Shown here: positions 8,805 to 16,736 of the stretch, one piece after another | Position numbering within the stretch: the first letter of the stretch is position 1 | Layout of the letters: each line of letters starts with the position of its first letter | DNA from: Methanobacteriota archaeon | GTDB taxonomy: Archaea; Thermoplasmatota; Thermoplasmata; UBA10834 | Length of the DNA: 64,000 nucleotides | NCBI GenBank assembly: GCA_020347565.1 | Contig: CP070732.1 | Span: 1,471,508-1,535,507, forward strand | Direction of reading: 5' to 3' | Notes under the pieces: generated by a model | What the model saw: only the letters and a program-made list of their open reading frames with translations | Database searches by the model: none | What the model was told of the DNA's origin: nothing | Program-made: the position numbers and the translations under genes

Positions 8805-9464
8805 TCACGCCCCCTTTCCGGCCAGCCCCTTGGCCGTCTCGACCGCGGTGCCCGCATCGGACGAGTATGTCGCGCCTATCTCCTTGGCCCACTCCTCGGT
8901 TACGGCGGCACCGCCGACCATGACCGGCGCGTCGACGCCTGCCGCGCGCAGCGCGTCGACCACCTCCTTCTGCATGCCGACGGTGGTGGTCATGAGCGAC
9001 GACGCGCCGACTATGCCCGCTCCGATCTCCTTCGCCTTGTCGACGAAGAGGTCGTTCGCGGCGTCCTTGCCGACGTCGTGGACCTCGAACCCTCCGGCCT
9101 CGAGCATGATCCTCACCAGGTTCTTGCCGATGTCGAGTATGTCGCCGGCCACCGTTCCGATGACGACCTGCGCGACGACGTTGCGCTTGCTCGCGGCCTT
9201 CTTCAGCTCCGGCTCGAGCACCTTGATGGCGGCGCCCATGATCTCCGCCGCATAGATCAGCTCGACTACGAACATCTCCTTGCGCGCGAACTTCTCGCCC
9301 ACCTCGCGTATGCCCTTCGCGAGGCCGCTCTCTATCGCCTCCACGGGGTCGACCCCCGCGGCGAGGGCCTTGTTGGCTGCCTCTACCGCGGCTTCCTCCT
9401 GGAGGCTCTTCACGGCGTTCTCCAGCTCACCCAATACCGCCTGCCTATCCGCATCTCCGGCCAT
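8805..9464 (-). CDS. Methyltransferase-cognate corrinoid (B12-binding) protein, MtmC/MtbC/MttC-like, with a variant DxLxxG motif
   Basis: 219 aa with an N-terminal helical cap plus a Rossmann B12-binding domain (VVIGTVAGDILDIGKNLVRIMLEAGGFEVHDVG, SSLMTTTV, VMVGGAAVT). Leu110 (CTC, 9135..9137) sits where the His of DxHxxG is expected. Confidence 0.85.
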   Translation of the reverse strand: MAGDADRQAVLGELENAVKSLQEEAAVEAANKALAAGVDPVEAIESGLAKGIREVGEKFARKEMFVVELIYAAEIMGAAIKVLEPELKKAASKRNVVAQVVIGTVAGDILDIGKNLVRIMLEAGGFEVHDVGKDAANDLFVDKAKEIGAGIVGASSLMTTTVGMQKEVVDALRAAGVDAPVMVGGAAVTEEWAKEIGATYSSDAGTAVETAKGLAGKGA

Positions 9465-9500
9465 CCTTCATTCCACCTTTTATGCTTCAAGTGTTCGTTG

Positions 9501-9526
9501 AAAGGCGAGAAAACCGCCTTTTTATC
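9501..9526 (-). promoter_or_regulatory. Putative promoter of the corrinoid/MttB operon: a TATA-like element overlapped by a perfect 7-bp palindrome
   Basis: On the minus strand, GATAAAAAGG (9517..9526) lies about 55 nt upstream of ATG 9464, and an AAGGTGG Shine-Dalgarno precedes the ATG. AAAGGCG (9501..9507) and CGCCTTT (9515..9521) form an inverted repeat with a 7-nt spacer that abuts or overlaps the TATA element. Confidence 0.4.
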
Positions 9527-9901
9527 GTCAGAATAGGTTTGGAGGGCGTCGCCGACGCTCAGAAGTCGTTCCCAGCCTGCAGGCCCGCGCCCGAGTGCAG
9601 CAGCAAACGGACGAACGCGGTGTCAGTCCGGCAGGTCTGCTCCACGGCTGGTGTGGGGCGCCTCGCTCTGCAGCGCTGTGCGATGTGTGTCATCGAACCC
9701 TCCTCGGCTGCCCGAAGCAGGTCGCGCATGCGACGCGCGCGTGCGAGATGTTGCCATAACGCTCCGTCCGTACTTAAGGGTTGACGGGCCTCGGCGGCCT
9801 GCTACATAAAACTGCTTCGGAAAACGATTATAACGATGCCACGCATCCCCATCCAGCCCCGGAAAGGACGCGATGAAGGGGGGCTTTGGAGGTGTTCTCC
9901 A

Positions 9902-11329
9902 TTGGCAGTAGTACGACTCAAGTTTCTTGGCAGGGACGAGGAAGAGCTGGTGCATGAACAGAGCCTGAAGAGCCTGTCGAACCTGGGAGTCAAGGTGAAG
10001 AGCGACAGGGTCCTGAAGATGCTCGAAGACGCCGGAGCCATCGTGGACAGGGACAGGAGCGTGGCGAAGATACCCGAAGACATGGTCAACGACGCGGTCA
10101 AGAACGCGCCGAAGAGCATGGTCCTGGGCGCCCGCAATCCAAAGCACGACAAGAAGGTGCCCGTCGAGACGCACTCCCTCCTCACGACCACGGGACTCGC
10201 GGTCTACACGGTCGATCTGGAAACCGGCGAGAAGCGCCCGTCCACGGACGCCGACCTGGCCGACTTCGCGAAGCTCGCGGACGCGTTGGAGGGGGTCGAC
10301 GTCAGCTGGACGACCGTCACCGCCGGGGACGTCAACCAGGACGCCCTCGCGATAAGGTCGCTCTGGACATCGCTCAAGAACTGCGGAAAGCACATCCAGG
10401 TGGTCCCCGCCGCGAGGGACGGGCGGGATGCCCGGAAGCAGGCGGAGCTCGCAGCCCTCGTCGCAGGCGGGGAGGACGAGCTCAGGAAGCGCCCGCTGTT
10501 CTCCGTCATAAGCTGCCCGGTCGCGCCCCTGTCCTTCGACAGGGGCCCTGTCGACGCCCAGGTCGAGTTCGCCAGGGCGGGCATACCGTTGGTCGCCATG
10601 TCCATGTCGCTCTCGGGGATGTCCGCCCCGGTCACGATGGGAGGGACGCTGGTGAACATCAACACGGAGAACCTTGCGAGCCTCACGATATCGCAGACCG
10701 CCGCTGCGGGCGCTCCGTTCATCTACAGCTCAGAGTCCGCCCCGATAGACATGAAGACGGGCGTTATGGACTACGGTTCCCTAATGTTCCCGTTGATATG
10801 CGCGGGAGCGGAGCAGATGGCCAAGAGGTATGGCCTGCCGACGATGACCGCCAGCTGGGGCTTCGAGACGAAGAACCCTGGCATGCCTTTCGGCGACGTC
10901 TATCACACCGCCGTGAGCCCGTTGTGCGGCTCCGACATGATATCCGGCGCGGGATCTATCGACTCCGCGAAGGGCGCGTCGTTGGAGCAGATGATGGTCG
11001 ACTCCTACATCTGGGAGGACGTGAGGGCCGTCATGAGGAGGTACGACGTGACCGAGGAGACCGCCGCGCTCAATGTCGTCGGGGAGGTAGGCCACGGGAA
11101 CACGTTCCTCCGTCATATCCACACCGTCCGCAACTTCAAGAAGGAGCTGATATTCCGAGACGCGGAGAAGCGGAAGCTGCAGATATCGATGTCCGATGAT
11201 ACGACGCCGAGGGCCAGGGAGGCCGTTCAGCGCATCCTGAAGGAGCACAAGGTGCCTCCGATCGACGCGGACACGCTGCGGAAGGGAGACGAGCTGATAG
11301 CGGCGTACGAGAAGGAGCTCAGGACATAG
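9902..11329 (+). CDS. MttB-superfamily methyltransferase, non-pyrrolysine type (second copy)
   Basis: MttB-family similarity begins at ..LKFLGRDEEELVHEQSLKSLSNLGVKV.. and runs to the end (..VYTVDLETGEKRPSTDADL.., ..GGEDELRKRPLFSVISCPVAPL..). The track start ATG 9836 adds 22 non-homologous residues. TTG 9902 is preceded by GGAGGTG (9888..9894) at 7-nt spacing and gives 475 aa, like the other copies. There is no in-frame TAG. Confidence 0.85.
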   Translation: MAVVRLKFLGRDEEELVHEQSLKSLSNLGVKVKSDRVLKMLEDAGAIVDRDRSVAKIPEDMVNDAVKNAPKSMVLGARNPKHDKKVPVETHSLLTTTGLAVYTVDLETGEKRPSTDADLADFAKLADALEGVDVSWTTVTAGDVNQDALAIRSLWTSLKNCGKHIQVVPAARDGRDARKQAELAALVAGGEDELRKRPLFSVISCPVAPLSFDRGPVDAQVEFARAGIPLVAMSMSLSGMSAPVTMGGTLVNINTENLASLTISQTAAAGAPFIYSSESAPIDMKTGVMDYGSLMFPLICAGAEQMAKRYGLPTMTASWGFETKNPGMPFGDVYHTAVSPLCGSDMISGAGSIDSAKGASLEQMMVDSYIWEDVRAVMRRYDVTEETAALNVVGEVGHGNTFLRHIHTVRNFKKELIFRDAEKRKLQISMSDDTTPRAREAVQRILKEHKVPPIDADTLRKGDELIAAYEKELRT

Positions 11330-11431
11330 CGAGGCCGGGCTTCGGGGCCCACTGGTCGATATCACGGTGCCTTCGGCCGCTTGACCGCAGATGCGACCGT
11401 GACTCGGGAGCACTTCGACATTCGTGAGAGG

Positions 11432-12553
11432 TCAGATGCCACGCTCCACCCTATTGATCGTTCTCGCCATCTCTTCTGGGCTGGGCCTTTCGGGCATGCT
11501 GTTCGCATTCGGGTCCTTCGTGCACGCGTATTCGACGGCGCCTGACAGCGCTTCCTCGTCATGGTCGCAGACGTCTCCGAGCTTCGTCGGCAGGCCGACG
11601 CTCTCGCACCAGCGTATGATTCTGAGAACCTCATCCTTCGGCCTGCCCTCGTACGCGACCTGGATGATGGTCCCGTAGGCGACTATCTCTCCGTGCTCCC
11701 TCTTGACGGCGCCCGTTCTCGTGAGGCCGTTGTGTATCGCGTGTGCCAGGGCACAGTTGGCGTTCTCGAAGGCGATCGCGGATGTGAGCTTGACCGCCTC
11801 GATCACCTCGTCGACGGCATCGGAATGGGCGCCCCGGGTCAGGTCCTCGACGGCTTCCAGGCCATAGGCCATCAGCGATTGATATGTCGAATCCGCGAGG
11901 GCGAGCGCCGTGTTCGTCGGCGGCTTCCCGCCTCTCCTTCTGACGGCTTCCGCAAACGCCTCGGCCTCGAACTTGGTCGATAGCGCATCGCCCATGCCCC
12001 AAACGAGGAACTTCACGGGTGCCGCAGCTATGATCTCCGTGTCCACGATCACGACGGCCGGGCTACGCGGCAGCACGACGGACTCGAGGAACTCGCGGTC
12101 GTCCGTGTAGACGACGGACTCCGCGCTCGCATCCGCGTTGGTCGCGCATTGGGTGCCGACGGACACGGAGGGCACAGAGAGCTTCCACGCCACCGCCTTC
12201 GCGGTGTCCACCGCCCTGCCGCCTCCCACACCGATCACGAAGTCGGGCTCCGCCCTCATGCCAGCGTCGACGAGGCTGTCTATGGTCGCATATGTGCAAT
12301 CCTTGACCGTCCTGTCCATGGCGACGACCTTGACGCCGCTCGAGCGGAGGGAGTCGCGTATCCTCTTCTCGGTCATCGAGAGGGCCGTACGACCGCCGAT
12401 GATGTACGCTCTTCTCCCGAGCGCCGCCACGCTCTCGCCGAGAAGGGCTATCGCGCCGCTTCCCTGTATGTACCTTGACGCAGCAATCAACTCGTTGACC
12501 TCAACCATTAGCCGTCTCTCCTCGCGGCCTTCCGACGTCAATTCGTCGGACAT
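11432..12553 (-). CDS. gldA: Glycerol dehydrogenase-like iron/zinc-dependent alcohol dehydrogenase
   Basis: 373 aa, colinear with E. coli GldA: GGGRAVDTAKAVA (GGGKTLDTAKA), CATNADASAESVVYT (ASTDAPCSALSVIYT), and metal ligands in GMGDALST, ALAHAIHNG, EHGEIVAYG. True substrate is not determinable from sequence. Confidence 0.75.
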   Translation of the reverse strand: MSDELTSEGREERRLMVEVNELIAASRYIQGSGAIALLGESVAALGRRAYIIGGRTALSMTEKRIRDSLRSSGVKVVAMDRTVKDCTYATIDSLVDAGMRAEPDFVIGVGGGRAVDTAKAVAWKLSVPSVSVGTQCATNADASAESVVYTDDREFLESVVLPRSPAVVIVDTEIIAAAPVKFLVWGMGDALSTKFEAEAFAEAVRRRGGKPPTNTALALADSTYQSLMAYGLEAVEDLTRGAHSDAVDEVIEAVKLTSAIAFENANCALAHAIHNGLTRTGAVKREHGEIVAYGTIIQVAYEGRPKDEVLRIIRWCESVGLPTKLGDVCDHDEEALSGAVEYACTKDPNANSMPERPSPEEMARTINRVERGI

Positions 12554-12625
12554 ATTAAAACCAAAGCTTTAACGAGGGGACGCGATACATGCAATCGCCC
12601 TCTATCCCAAGGGGACTCTCGTCAC

Positions 12626-13345
12626 ATGAACGATCAACCGAAGTGTTGCAGCTGCGAGCCTGCCCTTAAGGCAGAGACCAGAGCGAAATACGACACACAG
12701 TGGGTTCTCGTCGACGAGCAGGTTTCAGCCGAACGCAGGAAACACCTCGCTGCGATAGCAGACCCTCTGCTGCGGATGATACTTCCGTTCTCGGGGAAGA
12801 CGGTCGTGGACCTCGGCGTCGGGACCGGAAGCCTCGCGTTCAGGGCAGCCGAGCTGAGCCCTCCGGAGTTGCTGATCGGCATCGACTTCTCCTCCTCCGG
12901 ACTCAGGATGTCGAGGAGGATCTCTGGCGGCGACAGGTTTTCAAGCACTCGATTCGAGGCGGTGATGGGAGACCTGGAACGGCTGCCGTTGTCCGACACG
13001 TGCGCCGACGTGATCCTGAGCCAGGCGAGCTTCAACCTTCTTCCTGACAAGGCCGCAGGCATGAACGAGATGGCTCGCATCGCCAAGCGCGGTGCGAGGA
13101 TACTCCTCTCCGATGCGTTCCGCGCCAGGAGGAAGACGGAGGACGAGCCGTGGGAGGCGTGCGTCGGCGGGGCGATCACCGTCGCGGAGTTCTCCACGCT
13201 CGCTCTGTCGTCGAAGCTCTTCATATCGCAGCAGCTTGACCTCACGCAGCAGGTGAAGGCGCTTGTCAAATCAGGGAAGTGGGATTGGCCCGAGTTCGTC
13301 GAGCACGGGCTTCACTATCGAGGCTTCGTGATGTTCAGATCGTGA
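12626..13345 (+). CDS. Class I SAM-dependent methyltransferase, ArsM-like Cys pattern
   Basis: SAM motif I is VVDLGVGTGSLAF, with post-I IGIDFS and RILLSD. There is an N-terminal CCSC, a mid-protein Cys (SDTCADV) and WEACVGGAITVAEF, resembling the arsenite methyltransferase CxAGA region. Specificity is an inference. Confidence 0.6.
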   Translation: MNDQPKCCSCEPALKAETRAKYDTQWVLVDEQVSAERRKHLAAIADPLLRMILPFSGKTVVDLGVGTGSLAFRAAELSPPELLIGIDFSSSGLRMSRRISGGDRFSSTRFEAVMGDLERLPLSDTCADVILSQASFNLLPDKAAGMNEMARIAKRGARILLSDAFRARRKTEDEPWEACVGGAITVAEFSTLALSSKLFISQQLDLTQQVKALVKSGKWDWPEFVEHGLHYRGFVMFRS

Positions 13346-13595
13346 AGCGCTTCCGACGGAAGTGGACCTGGCGGGTCCGAACCGGTATCGTCCGGGTCGG
13401 AAGGGTATCGCTTTCGCGGGTTCAACGCGGTCTCAGGACGGCCGCAACGCCGTTAAGTTCGCAGCGGGTCGATTGCACTAGATTTCGATGTCATTGCCGC
13501 GTCGGATTCGTCGTACTGACCTGCGCATTTCGAGTGCGGCTTTAGATAGGATGAGTGACATACCTGCCCAGCATTAGAGGGAGGTAGACGGAGCT

Positions 13596-14708
13596 ATGAC
13601 GAGTAGGCCGATCCCGAGGACTCTGTGTCTATTGCTTGTGATTGCAATGGCCGCTCCGATGTTGAGCGCCCAGGAGACTTCTGCGAATAAGGCATCAGCG
13701 GAGGACGCGGCGACGTACAACCTTTACTTCGGCGATCTGCACGCCCACACGGCCTTGTCGGACGGCGTGGGGACCCCGTGGGAAGCGTTCCAGATGGCGA
13801 TCGATGGAGGCGCCGACTTCCAGGCACTTACAGAGCACGTCCAGTTCTGGCACGCATACGATGCCTGGGTCATGAAGGCGGACGAGTGGAAGGAGCTGAA
13901 GGAAGCCGCCGATCACTTCACATCCGAAGACTTCGTCGCAATACCCGGCTACGAGACCTGGATGCTCGCCAATTGCGGAGAGGTCAATGTCTACAACGTG
14001 AGCGAGCTTCCGCCGGCCAACAACCTTGGATACAGGTACGACAGGCTTCCGAATTTCTATGATTGGCTGGCTGAACAGGAAGGCGCGGTCGGACAGTTCA
14101 ACCACCCGCTCTATGTCAGCGACGACTTCATGGACTACGCTTACTACAGCGAGGTCCGGGACGTGAACATGTGCGCGATCGAGGCGTACAACTGGGAGTA
14201 TTACGATCCCAGCTACCAGAAGGCGTTGGACGCTGGATGGCACCTCATGCCGACAGCGAACACGGACACACACGCCGGCGACTGGATTGTCGCACATGAG
14301 ATGCGGTCTGTGCTTCTCGCGAAGGAGCTCACGGCAGACGCTCTCTACGACGCGATGAGGAACCACAGGGGCTACGGAACCCTCGACAAGAACCTGAGAA
14401 TCGAGTATACGCTCGACGGCGCTATCATGGGCTCGAACCTGTCCGCTGCCGACGGCGAGTACACTGCCTGGATTAGGATATCAGACCCCGACGGCCTTGA
14501 GGACGAGATCACGCTCGTCGAGATAGTCACGGATTGGGGAGTGGTCGCGGCGAGCATACCGACCAGCGGCGACTCGGTCGAGCTCACAGTGGAACTCGAA
14601 TCCGAGGATTCGCGCTACTTCTACGTTCGCGTGACTACCGTGTCGCCGCTGAACGAAGAGGTCGAGGGCGTGACGGCCTGGACTTCACCCGTCTGGACTG
14701 GTCTGTAG
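13596..14708 (+). CDS. Secreted PHP-domain metal-dependent phosphoesterase (CehA/McbA-like)
   Basis: Signal peptide MTSRPIPRTLCLLLVIAMAAPMLSAQE, then the PHP motif YFGDLHAHTALSDG, later FNHP and TANTDTHAG. GAGGGAGGT lies 10 nt upstream of the ATG. Confidence 0.7.
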   Translation: MTSRPIPRTLCLLLVIAMAAPMLSAQETSANKASAEDAATYNLYFGDLHAHTALSDGVGTPWEAFQMAIDGGADFQALTEHVQFWHAYDAWVMKADEWKELKEAADHFTSEDFVAIPGYETWMLANCGEVNVYNVSELPPANNLGYRYDRLPNFYDWLAEQEGAVGQFNHPLYVSDDFMDYAYYSEVRDVNMCAIEAYNWEYYDPSYQKALDAGWHLMPTANTDTHAGDWIVAHEMRSVLLAKELTADALYDAMRNHRGYGTLDKNLRIEYTLDGAIMGSNLSAADGEYTAWIRISDPDGLEDEITLVEIVTDWGVVAASIPTSGDSVELTVELESEDSRYFYVRVTTVSPLNEEVEGVTAWTSPVWTGL

Positions 14709-14817
14709 AGGGCTCGACCGAGTTTCGGAGCCTCACCGACGAGTGGAAGTGCCGAGATGATACCAGATGGACAGAATAGGCTGAGCCCTGCGAGGCCACA
14801 GGGGCGAGCCTCGGCCT

Positions 14818-15825
14818 CTATCTGTCACCGCTTGCGTCTACGCAGTATCTGTCCAGCTCGTAGCTTTCCCCAGGCCGGTCCTCGGAGTTCATCGCCCGCT
14901 GGATGAACTGTCCGCAGTTGCTGCCTATCCTGTTCTCCTCGAGCTCCCCTATGCTCAGTATGACGTCGTATCCGCATCTCTTGAACTCGTCGACGAGTCC
15001 CTTGGACGGGTCTTCGATGTGAGGGTCGATTACGGATGTCAACGCCTCCTCACGCGACCGCACAGTCGGGTTCAATGGAGTGAGTTTGATGATGGACCAA
15101 GACGGGTCGAACAGCTTCCTAATGGCTCCTACATCTATCGGATATCCTTCGGCCGGGGCGAAGTTGAGAGTTGCCTTCCTGTCTCCCGATTCTACGTCCG
15201 CGAAACGCTTCGAGTACTCGGCGATCTCCTGCAGAGACAGCTTCTTAGCGGGTATCAGCTCGTCCCTCTTCTCCTCGTCCGTCGTGTGGATGGAGAACTG
15301 CAGCTGGAACCTACCCCCGTTATAGCAGTCGTTCTTGACCTCTATGAGCTCATCAAGGAACTCAGGGCCCCCTCCTCCTCTGGGTGCGACGGTGGATAGC
15401 GAAGCGTACAGCCCGGGAGCGTCGAAAGCCTCTGGCAGGCGTCTCAAAGCGTCCAGCACGGCCGGGTTCAGGACCGGCTCACCCATCCTGGCGAACTGGA
15501 CCTTGAACTTGCCGCTCGGCACCCTGCCATTCGGATGCCTCCGCCTGACGATGTAGTCGACCTGGTACATGATCTCCTCGACCGTCATCCTTCCGGAGTA
15601 GTTGCCACCGGCATCGCACATCTTGCACTTGATCGGGCATCCAAACATCGACGACACTATCAGGACCCACTTCTTCTCGCGTGGGTTCGGCGGCTGCAGC
15701 GACTCGACGAACTCCACCATGTGCCTGCCATCGTTGGAGTCAGCGCCCTCCTGCTCCCGCATCTGCGCCACATAGACCTTTGCCAGGTCGTCTCTGCCGT
15801 ACTCAGCCACCATCCTCATTCGCAC
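14818..15825 (-). CDS. Radical SAM enzyme of the RlmN/Cfr family (N-terminal accessory domain absent)
   Basis: VLIVSSMFGCPIKCKMCDAGGNYSGRMTVEEIMYQV aligns with RlmN [37 protein letters not shown]. Further matches are ARMGEPVLNP, LSTVAP, LQFSIHTTDEEKRDELIP and C-terminal GSNCGQF (RlmN AACGQL). Confidence 0.75.
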   Translation of the reverse strand: MRMRMVAEYGRDDLAKVYVAQMREQEGADSNDGRHMVEFVESLQPPNPREKKWVLIVSSMFGCPIKCKMCDAGGNYSGRMTVEEIMYQVDYIVRRRHPNGRVPSGKFKVQFARMGEPVLNPAVLDALRRLPEAFDAPGLYASLSTVAPRGGGGPEFLDELIEVKNDCYNGGRFQLQFSIHTTDEEKRDELIPAKKLSLQEIAEYSKRFADVESGDRKATLNFAPAEGYPIDVGAIRKLFDPSWSIIKLTPLNPTVRSREEALTSVIDPHIEDPSKGLVDEFKRCGYDVILSIGELEENRIGSNCGQFIQRAMNSEDRPGESYELDRYCVDASGDR

Positions 15826-16736
15826 TCACCTCTGTCGCTGAGGAACCTCTGCGCCAGCATCGCCGCGAGCACGCCATCCCCCACGGCGATCGAAGCCTGT
15901 CTGTTAGTTCCACGGACGACGTCGCCCGCCGCGAACAGCCCAGGGACGCCCGTCTCCGGAGGCCTTTCGGTGCTGATCTGCCTGCCGAGCTCTGGGTCGA
16001 TTACCTCGAGCCGAGGCTCCCTGCCGTACGCGATCACGACGAAATCGCATGACAGAGCCATTTCGTCCTTGCCGTCTTCGGTTTCGCAAACGACGATCAC
16101 ATCGTCACCGGCCATGTCGAATTTCGTGACAACGCGTCCCGTCTCAACCTTCACGCCCCGGTCCTGAGCCCTGTCCATCAGGAGCGGGAGGCAGCAGGGA
16201 GCGGACCTCGACACTATCCGCACCGAGCCCGCCTGGTCGCTCAGGTTGATGGCGTAGTCGAACGCCGCGTCTCCTCCGCCCAGTACGACCGCTCGGCCGC
16301 CTTGAACCAGCTCAGCGTCGATCTCCGAGACGCCGTAGAACAACCTCCTCCCTTCGATGGCGCTCGCTCCTTGAAGCTCCGCCCTGGTCGGGGTCGTCCC
16401 CGTCGCCAAGACCAGCGCGTCGGAGGCGTATGAAGCGCCGCCTTCAGTGTCTGTCCGGAACGATTCGCCGATGGCGGTTACGCGTACGGCCCGGTCGTTG
16501 AGGACGCGCACCTCCAATCGGTTCAGTTGGGCGTCGATGAGTGATGCAAGATCTCTTCCGGCAATTCCCTCGGGGAACCCAGGGTAGTTCTCGACCAGGT
16601 CCGCTTCGTGCAGCAGCCCGCCGGGCAGCCGCTCCTCAACGACGAGCGGTTCGAACCCGGCACGCTTGAGGAAAATCGCGCTGGCCGCGCCCGCAGGCCC
16701 AGCGCCTACCACGACGACCTTCACGCGCCCAACCAT
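15816..16736 (-). CDS. Thioredoxin-reductase-like NAD(P)/FAD-dependent oxidoreductase (no CxxC redox pair)
   Basis: Starts MVGRVKVVVVGAGPAGAASA (FAD GxGxxG), with a second dinucleotide motif VVLGGGDAAFDYA and C-terminal GLFAAGDV. The track ORF (to 17081) carries a 115-aa Arg-rich extension that overlaps the isochorismatase gene, so I use Met116. It overlaps the radical SAM gene by 10 nt. Confidence 0.8.
   Translation of the reverse strand: MVGRVKVVVVGAGPAGAASAIFLKRAGFEPLVVEERLPGGLLHEADLVENYPGFPEGIAGRDLASLIDAQLNRLEVRVLNDRAVRVTAIGESFRTDTEGGASYASDALVLATGTTPTRAELQGASAIEGRRLFYGVSEIDAELVQGGRAVVLGGGDAAFDYAINLSDQAGSVRIVSRSAPCCLPLLMDRAQDRGVKVETGRVVTKFDMAGDDVIVVCETEDGKDEMALSCDFVVIAYGREPRLEVIDPELGRQISTERPPETGVPGLFAAGDVVRGTNRQASIAVGDGVLAAMLAQRFLSDRGECE

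Noticed and set aside
9559-9693. Calling the 44-codon minus-strand mini-ORF a gene
   Set aside because: It has a strong GAGGAGGG SD and an ATG. However, the peptide is Arg/Ala/Thr-rich as expected from random high-GC sequence, is below any length where I can judge coding potential, and has no recognisable family. I keep it only as a note inside the control-region finding.
7332-11329. In-frame TAG (pyrrolysine) codons in the MttB homologues, including the copy at 48303..49730
   Set aside because: All three ORFs are continuous at 475-488 aa with no internal TAG, so they are non-Pyl members. TAG does terminate several genes here (e.g. 5346..5348, 11327..11329, 14706..14708), and none of the downstream frames continues into homologous sequence.
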